Below, in pieces: positions 25,490 to 38,351 of a stretch of 64,000 nt of DNA. The notes under the pieces were generated by a model, which saw only the letters and a list, made by a program, of their open reading frames with translations, was not told where the DNA came from and did no database searches. The stretch comes from Octopus sinensis (lineage: Eukaryota), in assembly GCF_006345805.1 (NCBI RefSeq), contig NC_042997.1:9796001-9860000 (forward strand). The letters are read 5' to 3'. Positions within the stretch are counted from its first letter, which is position 1, and each line of letters opens with the position of its first letter. The position numbers and the translations under genes were made by a program.

Positions 25490-26010
25490 TCTCGATAAAC
25501 TTAGGAAAAAACTAGGAGACTGTTAACAATTTCCTATGGATGACATAGAGCTATACGGCAAGACTGAAAGAGAATTGGAGATTCTTGTTAATATTCTGAG
25601 AGTTTTTAGCAATGGCACCAGAATGGCATTTGGTATTTTCAAGTGTGGAACCCTCCTTGTGAAGAAAGTGAAATGTCATAAATACGATGGGATAAATTTA
25701 CCGAGTGAGAAGTTGCAGGATAGTGATACAGATGATTGATATAAGTATCTGGGTGTTTTGGAAGCTGATAGTATAAAGGAGAAAACAATTAAAGATAAAG
25801 TCAATAAGGATGAAGAGAACAGTAAAGTCGAAACGATAGCATTACATTACTGGCATAAACTCTAGGGTTGTATTCATCATTGGGTGCAGCGCAAGAATAA
25901 GCGAATGAACACAGAATGACATTGAGAATATGGATAGAAAAAACAAGGAGCTTGCTGACAAGCAACAGGGACTTGTGTAGAAGTAAAAGTAAAGAGGTTA
26001 AAGAAGTACA
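25490..26010 (+). mobile_element. R4/Dong-type LINE RT fragment (degraded)
   Basis: (F)PMDDIELYGK, FGIFKC and YKYLGVLEAD motifs, homologous to ORF 59608-60087. Confidence 0.8.
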
Positions 26011-26561
26011 CTGCTAGCAGCGAAGTGTCGTTTTGGTTAACTGCAAGAAGAGAGAGTATATTTACTGAAGGAAGAGAAAAGGTTGATGTTCTCGGAGCTT
26101 GAAAGCAATGATAGGAACAGAAAAGTTTATACAGAAATTTATCTTAGATCCTTCAAGGGTATCAAGGCCAAATATCGTTTCAATAGCTAACGAAAATGTC
26201 AATGAAAAAAAAAGTTGATGACCTGATAAGAGTTTTTCAAATTCAAATATTTCCAAAATATTTCTTATCTCATGTTTAAACAGATATTTTTCTAGTCTTA
26301 CATTCACTGGTAACACCTTTCACTTCCAGCTTTCTTGGATCTAGATATTCCCAAGATTTGCTAGTTGATTCTTTTCATTTCAAAATACAGTTCATTATTT
26401 TTATAGTGCTCGTTTAATTATATGTTTAAAAAAGATGTATGACTATACATATTTCTTCCATCCTTATTTTTTCCTGACTAAACCGAAAACTTATAATAGA
26501 AAATAAATGCGAAGACATCTACTCAATCACATAGAAACTACATAGAAACAAACACCAAAAT

Positions 26562-26920
26562 ATTATTATCTCCGCCTTAGCAAAGGCAGAGGTATTGTTT
26601 TCAGTCGTATTTGTTTGTTTGTTTGTTAGTCAGTGGCCAAAATATCTCAAGAACCGTTGGATGGATTCGGATGAAACTTTCAGAGATGTTTGGCCTCGCG
26701 ACTGGCACGAACTGATTAAATTTTGGTACCGAACAAGGATTCTCGATTTTTCTTTTTGCTTAATTTTTGGGAGCGGTCGGGTTCACTTCTAGTATTCTCG
26801 TTTGTAAGAGCAGTCGAGTTTATTTCAGATCTTCTCATTTTAAAAATCCTCTCTGGCTAATCGTTGAGAGGACGCTGGAGTTGCCTTGGCGGAGGTTTGC
26901 GCTCTCTGAGTGCTCTTGTT
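26562..26920 (+). mobile_element. Helentron-associated non-autonomous element (HINE/DINE-1-like)
   Basis: 5' TTATTATCTCCGCC...GGCAGAGG hairpin, (TTTG)n core, 3' CCTTGGCGGAGG subterminal inverted repeat and GCGCTC-TCT-GAGTGC hairpin, inserted in T-rich DNA. Confidence 0.75.
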
Positions 26921-28329
26921 TTATTTTATTTTATTTTATTTTATTCCAATACAAAGTATTTGAATTCATAAAGCAACGTTTGCATCCAACTCTAAATGTT
27001 GATTAATCAAATAAATCGAAAACTAATTAATAAAGAGATTCAAAACAGAGTTAACTGTAATACTTATAAGGCCTCCACTTACATCAGTGAAATTATAGTA
27101 TAGGCTTGTTAAAAAAAAAAACTATTGGTAACACACATATTTTTAGATTCAGTGAATTCCACACCAACCGTTCTTACTCTTGTTATCCAAAGTCCAAGAA
27201 CACGGAGGTCTAGATTCTGAGAAGAACTACAACACTGTAGACGATAACGATATTGATAAAATATTGCATTCTAGATTTCGGTTAAAGAATCTGGCCCAAT
27301 CCCAACGGAAGCTGGAATTTGAAAACTATATCATTTCAAACCTCATATCTGAAAACTAAGTTTATGAAGCCGTTAGTAACACACTCGATAATTTAAGCGA
27401 TATTTGTTTATAAATACAAACACATGTAAACACGTATATCATGAATCACGAAGAAACAGAACAATAGTCAAGTTAACACAGATATATTCGCATGTGCACA
27501 TGCACACATATGTGTGTACGTGCGTATGTGTATGAGTGTGTTTGTGTATATCTGGATGAGTGTACATTGATTATGGTTTTTTGTTAAGAATTGGCTGCTG
27601 TTCTATTACCTCAATATTTGCACCAAAGAGGAAGAATCCTAGCTAGCATGTCAACGAAAATGATTTGAAAAATGTAGTAACGGAATTATTGTTGTCCATT
27701 GCCGCGAATATTGTGCTGCAAACCTCGCTTAAAATACGAAGAGTCCTCTTTTGTTTGTAACCGCTTGATCAATCGCTATTATTTTGTTGTTGCAATACGC
27801 CTGGTAACACCCCTTTTCACGATGACATTGGTAAATAATTTCTCTTCAGATATGAGACCTATTACTTTCATGCGATAATTATCCAGTGTGGGTTTATTAG
27901 TATTAATGTGTTCTGATTATGTAGCGTGTTGAACACTGGTAGATCGACAACATATTTATATTATATAATCTCTCGCGACATTGGATATTAACAATAATTT
28001 CCTTAATATGTTTCAACGTCTCTTCCGTGACATCCATCTCATGACCACCTGATTAACGTAAGAGTTGCCTGAGTAACGAAAAAAATCTAGTAAAATCTAA
28101 CAATAAAAAAATTTGTAAATTTAAACTACTACTTGTATGTCGTGGGTATAACTTTAAACTGCATCCGGTTATAACGCTAGAGTTCAGGAGTTCTGGAGTT
28201 GTGAGAAGCGTAAGATTATTCCTTAATTACCATTACACCCATGTCCATTCTGACCCACAAAAGTTATACCTGTCAGAATCTCATACATGAGTTAAATAGA
28301 TCTCCCTGGGGTAGGGGTTTCTCACATTA

Positions 28330-28670
28330 TTTTTCATAAAGCCGTGATGAAGGTAGTTCAATATAGTTCAATATAGGACAAAGATACTCTGATACAAAAC
28401 TTGCAGTCAAAACAGTACGAGTCATTTTGCAATACATGTCAGCCATGGCAACTGAGAGAGAGAAAAAGTTATTGTACCAGGTTTTGCCACTTAATCCAAT
28501 GACGTACAGACGACTCACTATCCTTTGAATATGAGACGGCCATTATCTGACAAAATGTGGTAATTACGTATGTATGTCATTATTCAGTTTTATTTCGAAG
28601 GCCGTTTACACTGATCTCAGGCCGCTATCCCCTTCCTTTCTTCTGAAGTAGAGCTTTTCAACATCACAGT
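28330..28670 (-). mobile_element. Degraded R4/Dong-type LINE fragment
   Basis: Minus strand DVEKLYFRRKEGDSGLRSV matches the post-RT motif seen at about 59400-59500 (ARLYLTRKKVG..GLISVE). Confidence 0.55.
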
Positions 28671-28777
28671 ATGTATGTATGTATGTTGTCAGGATTTTGC
28701 GAGTTTTGATATCTATAGAGTATGTATCTATGTATGTATGGATGTGTCTATGCATGTTATGTATGTAAGTACGTGCT

Positions 28778-28811
<34 letters not shown>

Positions 28812-28885
28812 TGTATGTATGTATGTATGTATGTATGTATGTATGTATGTATGCATGCATGCTTGTATGTATCTATATATATATA

Positions 28886-29221
28886 TATATTATATTAAAT
28901 TAGAGACAAAACCACTATTAGGCAAATCATACAATGAAAAACTTAAGCCAATACATAAGATTATTTAATTTATACTATTTAAATATATAACAAAATTATT
29001 AAAAAAATATAATTAATATATCACTACGATCGTTTCATGGCTGTTAATTTCTTTAAATTTTCGAGTTACAGTCATTCATCAGGTGATATATTAATTATAT
29101 TTTTTTAATAATTTTGTTATATATTTAAATAATATAAATTAAATAATCTTATGTATTGGCTTAAGTTTTTCATTGTATGATTTGCCTAATAGTGGTCTTG
29201 TCTCTAATTTAATATAATATA
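28886..29221 (-). ncRNA. Type I hammerhead ribozyme with a 139-bp stem I, inside a foldback element (28886-29306)
   Basis: Minus strand of 29082-29025: CUGAUGA-AUGACUGUAA-loop-UUAACAGCCAU-GAAA-C-GAUC-G-UA. Arms 29083-29221 and 28886-29024 are complementary apart from two G-U pairs. Predicted cleavage after GUA, between 29025 and 29024. Confidence 0.85.
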
Positions 29222-29303
29222 GTATTTTACGATAAAATTGGATTCAATCTTAAATCTGATTTTTCCCTGTAAGTTTGGATTTATTCCCTAATATTTATTA
29301 TTA

Positions 29304-29306
<3 letters not shown>

Positions 29307-29394
<88 letters not shown>
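29307..29394. repeat. (TA)n microsatellite
   Basis: Read directly from the sequence. Confidence 0.98.
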
Positions 29395-29395
<1 letters not shown>

Positions 29396-29942
29396 GAAAT
29401 AAAAAAGAGTGAAAAAACTATTCCCAGAGTACAGAATGATACCCTTTAGTGAACATATCTAGAAATGCGCAAAGCAACTACTACCACAATTTTTAATCTT
29501 TCCATTCTATCAATGTGCAATTGGAACACCAACACAAATTAGATTAAATAAGGAAACATTCTTCATTGAAAAATATCTGTCAAAACGTAACCATTTCTAA
29601 CATTTTTAAGTAAGGAAACTCATCTCATTGAAAAAAATATAAAGCGATTATCTCCCTTATACCGGAAGAAATCCCTGATTATCTTCCCCTGCCTGGAACT
29701 CCATACTTCACTCTCATAGCGAAGACATGACACGATGTAGGTAAAAAAAATTTGAAAGGAAAATACGAAAGCGGTTATTTCTCCAAAAACTATGTTACTA
29801 TACACAAAAGTTTCTAACATTTTTCTAACATAACGACTTAAATATATTCTTTAACCTTATAACACAAGCCTTCTGTAATTTTTTCACTCTTTTTTTATTT
29901 TTATACATCCAACAACGTTCTTTCACACACTAGCACTCTCAA

Positions 29943-29993
<51 letters not shown>

Positions 29994-32900
29994 ACACGGG
30001 TTTGTTTTGAGACTCTGAAATCCCTTTTGTGGCGTTTGATGGATGGAACTTTTTGTGTACTTCATGTGCAAGTAGGTTTTAAGGAATAGATTCGAACACT
30101 TAGCTGATGTCGGTGGTAAATTAGAAGGGTGCTTATAGAGGACTGTGATCTATATGAATGAATCAAATATTTTAGTGCAAAGTTTCAATATTATGTACCT
30201 CTAGTTTATCACAGATTGTTGGCTTTCATAAATTTAAATTTGAGTATATAGCAATTAGTTAGTGAAAACTGTCGAAATTTACTGCTATAAACTTAAGGAA
30301 TAGAAACACAATTGTAGAGAATGCTTCGAATACTTCTAGATATTTTTTGTTTTTATTGATGAACTTTGTAAAAAGTGTCATTTCCTGTTGCAAGTACTAC
30401 CTTAAAGGTTACGTAACTGAACAGACATAACTAGGAACTACACAAGTAAACATCAAAACGAGAGTGTATTTTATTTAGGCGTGTTAAAGTATGATATATT
30501 ATATATCTCAACCAGTATAACACTAGTTATGTGTAAAGCTGTGGTATTAAGTAAAGGATAAAACTGAAACAGCATAATCCCTTTGTAAGTAATCACATCT
30601 ATAAGCACTTTTATGATGTGCTGTCGTATGTCTACAGAGCTGTTGTATGACTTCTGTCATTGCGTTCTAGTTTATGTATGAATTGTCTTCAACTGTGCAT
30701 AACACTACTTGAATCACAATATATTTTTAATCTGAAAAAATCTTTTTGAATCATTTTAAACCATTTTAAAGTAGGCTTTATGCCTACCTGATAATACTAT
30801 ATCTAACCTAACAGAGAAGTAGGAAATCTGAAAGCAGATGTCTTCCTAAAACTTAATGAAATAATTAGCTCTTACCTAAACTGGTTAAGCTGCGCCAGAT
30901 CTTGTGCTGCTTTGTTTTCCTTTTTTTCTTTAATTTTGATGCCTAAATATTTAATGCCTAAGATAAAATATTTTATTATGGTTTCAAATCTTTCGAAAAA
31001 ATTCCTAATGAATCATTAAACTGTGATTTCATTTAAGAATTGTTATGTGCGTGACAAAGAAATCCATGTATAGAAGGAAATGTAGAATGACGGACGTGAT
31101 ACAAAAACAATACGGGCCTTTAATAAGCCATAGAAACTTTAGAATTAATGACAAAAACAGGAGACAGTTGTAGGTTAAAATCTGCCGAGAGACGTGAGAA
31201 CAAAGGAAAAATTGATAACGACGTTGACAATGATTATGCTGATGTCAATTGCGATGCTGCTATTATTGGCTAGTACGACATCAGCTCAGTTTCAGAAGAC
31301 CTATATCTATATTATATAGCTTGTTGATTAATCGAGCAGCTGCGATTCGCACATTTTTTTATCTGGATATAACATGCATCTTCCTAAGGGACACCATACT
31401 GCCCATAGCAACAGAGAAGGCAGGAATGTTGTGCTCTCTCTATTATCCAGTGAATTTTCGTACATCTGTACTTTCTTCAATGGAACTTGGTAAGCTGCAT
31501 CCAGCCTAGGCAGTAGCAGCAATAACAACACCGGCGACAACTCAGTTCTTGTGTCTTGTGAAAAATGATGCTATTGATGCTGTTATTTTTTATATTTTAC
31601 CTTTGTGTGGTCTGTGTGGCAATGATAGTGCCTTTAGGATAATAATGTAATAGTACTCTGGGATCATTGACCATATAATAGCATATTCAGAGTTAGGCGA
31701 CAAATTGTATACTTTGCATATCCAGGTGTGATTTCAGTTTTAATATTTTTATTATTATGTGCTAGTAGTGTATATGCTACTTTTGATGAGGATAATAGTA
31801 CGTGCGCTGTTTTGTGTTCCTACAGTTGTTGTCTAGTAAAAACTAGGCTTCATTGAGCAGATCAATTATGAAAGGAATTCTATCAGCCAATTGGTTACTA
31901 TTGAAATCCTATATCTAAAATTACATCCTCAATTGGATATCTTCTTTCTTTCATTCGAGGGTAGAGTATGATTTAAAGGATATCTGGCTGTTATTAGTAA
32001 GACATTTAAAGACTGCATAAAATTTTTGATGCCATAGTTTTCGTAGTATATTCAGCTTGTTAAGAGATTAGAGGCCCAAGCATAATCAGTATATTCAATA
32101 TTGAATCTATATATCTTTTGTAAACTACTGCTTTCATTCTTTTCTCTCTATACTTCCTTCCGCATATGCGATATATAAATTCTGTGTATCATTTCGTTTA
32201 CTTTATGTGTTCCCTAAATGTTATAGAGATTTTGTATATGATTCAATATCTACTACCGTGAGTGTGTAATATGTTTATGTAGTTATTATGTAGCCTCTGA
32301 ACAATCAGCCTATGATCAAAGGCAATCCAACGGAAATTATCCCCCATCGTTTTAGGAATATATAGGCCTACACTACCCAATATATCCTGTTCTTATATAA
32401 GACGGCATGGTATGGTTTAAGCGACATTTGGTAGTTATTTATAGATACTGAGTGACATAACTGAGACTCACTCGTTAACTCTGTATTTTTATGTTGTTAA
32501 ATGTCATGCCTGAGTGTTTTTGACGACCTCTGGTGTTACTAATAGTGTTACTAATAAGCACCAGGGGCAGTAGATTATTTGGTGAATGCTGCTTTGGAAC
32601 CAACATTCTATAGGATGAATGTAGAGCCGGAAAAGTTATGCAGCCGCGTCTAGGAGGAACGGGAGTGTGTGAGTGCAATGTTATTTGCATGTGAGTTTGT
32701 GTATATATCTTGTGCAGATATTTTTATTCTTTGTAAGTCAATTTATTACATATAAGGTGAGTTTTCTTCATTTTAACTGACGTTTTCGTGAGTATGCGAG
32801 TAGCTACAGAAAACTATCAAAATGTATTGTAATCAAAATAAACGAAACAGAGATTAAAAAACGAGGTACCTTTTGACAAGTCTTCAGACGAGGTACATCA

Positions 32901-33249
32901 GCACCAAATTATGCACTACAACTATTTGTACATCATTTAATCCGCGAGGGACCGATGCACGAAGGGTGGAAACGATCATAGTGATTAATAAAGAATCTCG
33001 TGAATTACATTTTCCTTCTCTTTCTCTCATATGTTATTTTGTGGTAAAGCATATAGGTTAAAAGTGTGCATTAGAAGAATCTTCGTTCTAACTCATTTGA
33101 GAAATTGTAAACTCTCGATTTTTTTAAATAAAAGTGTTTGGTTAATTGACTAAACGATCTCTTTTATAAAAAACAGAAATCGAGAATTTGCAATTTTTTT
33201 CTTTCACAAGGTGTTGAGTAATTTGTTAGTAGATATTAGTGAATAGAAT

Positions 33250-34550
33250 CGAAAATTTTATCAAAGACCATAGTAAGATAGTGTATGCATATTATTGAAG
33301 TTACTGTGTATTTTTGCTAAGGTTTTAAAGATATGTGATAGTTGACTGTAATGGTCTGAATTCTTATTGTGAAAAGGAGAGAAGAATGCAGGAATTGGTA
33401 ATGTATGGGATAAGTTGCAGGGATTTCTAAAGTTAGAATGGGAGGACGATGTCCTTGCGTGATGTTGCTCCGTTTGGATTTATGGCGTTTTACAATTGTG
33501 ATGATGTTTTCTTGTTGCAACATTCTGACAATTTAGCTTTGTTGTGGGAAATTGAAGATGTTGGCAGGTGCAATAATTCTTTCAATCCCAAAGTATTTTA
33601 GATGTATATTTGTTATTTTGTCATGTCGAAAAGCCTTTTCATTTCGGAATTTTCCTATAGCTATTTTGGTGGCTGATGAAAGGAAGATGCTGTGATTATT
33701 ACCTAGAGGGAAAGCATGTGTCCTGTAGTTTGCATTTCTTCTTTGTGCAGTCCTTGCTGACTGGTTTTCGAAAAAAAGATATTTGATAAGGGAACATGTT
33801 TGCTGTTATAGTTTCGGTATGTTATTTAAAATTGTTATTGTAGAATGTAGTGTCAAGAGGCTTATGTTTGTTGTTGCTACCAATTATTGTGTATAATGTT
33901 CAACGGTTTTAGGGATTTATGTTGGAAGAAATGTTCGCGAATGTTTTTCTTTTCTTTGGTTTATATTCTTTGTTATTGCTCTGGCGAGTTGCTTGGAGCT
34001 CAGTTTTATTTCCTTAGTGTTTGCAGATGGTGTGTTGTGTCCCCAAATGGATATTCTGATTGTGCAATTAGGTTTCAACTTTTTTCTTTTGCACGATGAT
34101 TTCCGGACGACTCTATTATTAGTGTGTTGCATATATGAATGCTTATCTACGAGTCAGTGTAAATAGATTATGCTAACCTTAGAGCTGGAATCTTGTTTAC
34201 CATGTGATTATTGTGGCTTGGTATATAGTGCAGAATACGATTTCTGGTGAGACGTTTCAGTTATCTTGTTGAGTTAAGAGTGTATTAGCTGCTTTAATTT
34301 TGCATCCTCTTATGCTATGGGTATTGTTTTTGTATTAGAATGTGTTTTATATATTGATATCTGCTCCAAAGATGCTGTTTGGAAGAGTGTTAATGTGATA
34401 CTTTGCAGCAAGTTTAATATTTTAAGTTATGTTTACGTAATTTACTTCTAGATTTTTCGGAAGTTGGCTATATCCTATGCAAAACTATTGTTTCTAGAAG
34501 GGGGATGTAATTGTGATACTCCTATTTCTATTTCTTGTTGATGGTGTTGT
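33250..34550 (-). mobile_element. Degraded I/Jockey-group LINE remnant (linker and RT N-part)
   Basis: Minus strand KFRNEKAFRHDKITNIHLKYFG...NIFN...NIITIVK...GHRPP resembles K.KAPG.D.ITN.HLK...IIPIPK...YRPI. Confidence 0.6.
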
Positions 34551-34589
34551 TGTCGTAGCTATATATGTGTGTATATGTGTGAGTGTATA

Positions 34590-36020
34590 GATGGATGTAC
34601 AGTGGAATGCCTAGAGAAAGGAGGAGTGACAGTGATTGAATGGTTAATGAGACTTATGATTGTTTGTTACATGGCTAAAGGAGTACCAAAGGACTGGTGC
34701 GGTGCCTGAATAGTATCACTGTACAAGGGGAAAGGGGATAAATGCGAGTGTGGAAATCTTAGGGATATAAGTCCGTTGTGTGTGATTGGTAAACTGTATG
34801 GGAGAATCCTCATTGCAAGGGTGAGGAACCCAGCAGAGAGTGTACTAGGGGAGAAGCAGTGCGGTTTAAGGAGTGGAAGGGAGTGTGCAGATCAGATATT
34901 TGTATGTGATAAGGCAGATGTGTGAGAAGGTTTTGGTAAAAGGGAGGGATGTATATTGGGCCTAGAGAAGGCATATGACCGTGTGGTTAGGGATGCAATA
35001 TGGCAGGTTGTTGCGGTTGTACGGAGTGGATGGTAGATTGTTGAGATTTGTACAGAGTCTTTATAGAGAAAGTAGAGCGTGCATTAGGGTGGGTGGTGAA
35101 GTAATTAAGCGGTTTGATTTGAAGGTGGGGGTTAAGACAGGGTTGTGTAATGTCTCCGTGGCTGTTTAATCTATATATGGATGGTGTGGTGAGAGAGGTA
35201 AATGCTAGAACCCTTGGTAAGGGAGCCTAAATGGTGGGAGAAAATGGAGAGAAATGGCAAGCGAATCAGTTGTTGTTTGCTGATGATACAGCTCTGGTGG
35301 CGGATTCGGAAGAGCAACTGAGGAGACTGGTGATAGATAGAGTTTGAAGGAGTGTGTGAGAGGAGTAAACTGAAAGTAAATGTAGCTGAGAATAAAGTAA
35401 TGGGATTTCAAGAGCTAGAAAGACTGGTCAGGTGAATGCGAGTATAAATGGTGAGATGTTAGAGGAGGTGTGTGTTTTTAAGTATCTGAGATCACATGCG
35501 ACAGTGTATGGAGGGGGAGCTGACTGAAGAAGTGGGATACAGAGTGAGGGAGGGGTGTAAGATACTTGAAATTATGAAAGGTATACTGAGAGATAAAAGG
35601 TTGAGTATGAAAGCGAAAAGAGGTCTGTATGAGGGTGTGATTGTGCCGACATTGTTATATGGTGCAGAGACGTGGGATCTGAGAGAGGCAGAGAAGAGGC
35701 GGCTAGATGTGTTTGAGATGAGATGTCTGAGGTCAATGGTTGGTGTGACACGGATGGACAGGATGAGGAATGAGGAGGTGCGAAGACGAGCAGGAATGAG
35801 AGAAAATCTAACAACCAGAATGCAGTGACGAATGTTGATGTGCTTTGGCCACATGGAGAAGATGGATGAGGAGCGGATGGTGAGGAGGGTGATGAAGGCA
35901 GAAGTGGCAGGTTTGTGTGGATGGATTGAGTGAGGAAAGCTTTGGTGGATAGAAGTACCTGGGTGAGAGCGGCAGGAGGGTTTATAAATGATAGGAAAGC
36001 TTAGAGAGTGTTTCTGAACG
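34590..36020 (+). mobile_element. RTE-clade LINE RT/C-terminal fragment (frameshifted)
   Basis: LYKGKGDKCECGN, LEKAYDRV, GCVMSPWLFNLYMDGV, (F)ADDTALV, VPTLLYGAETW, FEMRCLRSMVGVTRMDRMRNE. Confidence 0.9.
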
Positions 36021-36480
36021 GGTGAGTAAACTGATGTTGCTCAAAGGAGTACGCAACCAGTATGATGTGGCGGGGGCAAACCAGCATATGCAGTCGGGTC
36101 CCGCTGCAGATATCGGAGGTTGCGTTCTATGCCTTGACCCAAACATTGAACTGGGAAATGAATGGAATGCCTGTTGTGGTTATCCCATCCCTAAAAAAAT
36201 GTCTACTTTGCCTAAGTCTAAAGGAAGTTAGTTACATTGCATTTTAACCTGACAACCAACTATAGGCTGCTCCTCTTAAATTATGATCCAAGTAGGGATA
36301 AGTCTCTTCTATTAGCATTGACATAGTTCTTCTTATTGTTGTTATTAATATTTTTCTTATCATTTCTGCTTAGTTTTGAGAGAGGCATGGCCTTGTACAC
36401 CCACGATAGTCTTTTTTTCTGCCCGCTGCTTTATTGTGCGTCATGTGAAGTAGCTAAGAATTTGCACAGCGGGAAAAGTA

Positions 36481-36498
36481 TACACACACACGCACGCA

Positions 36499-36576
<78 letters not shown>

Positions 36577-36590
36577 CACATGTATATATA
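36481..36590. repeat. (CA)n microsatellite
   Basis: Read directly from the sequence. Confidence 0.98.
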
Positions 36591-37693
36591 CATATATAAG
36601 GAGATTTCGATATCTCTCGTCGTATTTACGGCGGAAAAATGATGTTGTGAGGTGCAATATTGCATAATCTTTCTACAACTGTTATGCAGTTATTACTATA
36701 CTTTGTTCAAACACGTGTATGTTCGATACAGTATTGACTAAAATATTTGTTCTCCGTGTATGTGCATGCGCGCACGTGTGTGTGTGTGTGTGTATACTCC
36801 CTCCCGATTTGTGAACACTTTGGTGTACCGTATTATTTTCCTAGTTGGATCATTGTGATACTATAGGAATTATATTATTGATATTAGTATTTACACTCAG
36901 TGTTGAAAACCAAGTACGGTTATCTTGGCTTCTCATTCTTCAGATATACAGCCTCATGTTATTTAGGTACATCCTTAATGTTCTAAATTGTGGTTATTTT
37001 ATATTCCCTGAAACGTTTGTCAGAAACTGTAATATGTTGAGTGTAACGCTTTATTCCGCCAAATACAAAACGAAGAGGAAAAATTCTGCTGCGTTATGTC
37101 TGTACATGAAATGATTATATATTGTTTTATAGTAGATGGCTCAAATTAAACTTCAGTTGCAAGTTTAATGATTGGCAGTGTCAGATAATGTATTATTTCT
37201 AGATGAGTTTAGCAAGAAGAATTATATTAATGAGGTATTCTAATCTTCATTAATTCAATTTTGAAATTGACATATTTTTGACTGTCGAAAGAGAGATATA
37301 AATTTTCTTTTTTGAATATGAAGCTACATTTATTTTATTGATGGGTTGTGTATTTTCTGTGATAAATTACAAAATAACAAATAAGAAAAGACAAACAGCA
37401 CTAGAAGATCACATTAGAATACGGTCATATTAATATTGTTAATTGAAATTTTCACTCTGTTTTATTATATATTAAATAATTGCTTAATCAAATTATATAA
37501 TCAGCATCAGTTTTCGACTTTTGGTGTCTCTGTCTTTACAGATACGTTTGGAAGACATATTTTCGCTATTTGTGAATTTAGAAACACGCAGCTGCTTAGA
37601 GAAATTCATTTATTGTTTTCACACAAAACTTTTGCAGCCTATCTCTCGAAACAAAAGCCAATTCCTTCTCAAATATACATGAGCGCGCGCGCA

Positions 37694-37733
<40 letters not shown>

Positions 37734-37735
<2 letters not shown>

Positions 37736-37985
37736 GGCGCATAGCTTAGTGGTTAACGTATTCGGCTCACACCTCTAAGATCACGAGTTCGATACCCGAC
37801 GGCACATTCTGTCCTCGAACAAGATATTTTATTTCACTTTCCACCAGTCTATTTAGGAAGCAAAAATGAGTAGTATCTGTATTTCAAAGGGTCATCCCTA
37901 TCACATTTTGTGTTACGCTGAATCTTCTTGACAACAATGTTAAGGTTACTCGTATCTGTGGAGGCTCCGCCACTTCTACGTTTCG
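37734..37985 (+). mobile_element. Diverged tRNA-derived SINE (CORE-like head, tail type T2)
   Basis: GGCGCATAGCTTAGTGGTTAA...GAGTTCGATACCC; tail CTGTATTTCAAAGGG...ACGCTGAAT...CTGTGGAG matches 45615-45720. Confidence 0.75.
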
Positions 37986-38351
37986 ATCGTATCAAGTGGA
38001 ACATTCCTTGTTGTAATCGATGGAGTGCCAGTATGTATATATGTATGTATGTATGTCATTGTTTAGTTTTATCTCAAGATTTCTTGCCAATTGAGAAAGA
38101 GCCAGTTTCTAACCTAGATTCAGAGCTCCTTCATTAAGATTTCAACATCAACAACAGGTTATTTTTGTATGTATGCATGTATGTATATATGTACGTATGT
38201 ATGTATATGTGCAGATTTATATGTTTTGCTTTATATATGTATTCCCATGCATTTAGTTGCATATCTAAACATGCTCATATATATCTAAACGATAAACTTC
38301 TGCAAAGTTTTACAGATTTTTACAGTGACAAATTGGATCTGTATTCGAATT

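Noticed and set aside
27192-27230. Peptide VQEHGGLDSEKNY resembling cathepsin L (VQDNGGLDSEESY)
   Set aside because: The flanking translation has no papain-family similarity, and I found no other cathepsin exons; likely chance.
28327-28518. GPCR TM2-like NNFFSLSVAMADM and an apparent 67-nt GTGAGT...CAG intron
   Set aside because: It sits directly downstream of, and collinear with, a Dong post-RT motif, so it is better explained as a LINE remnant.
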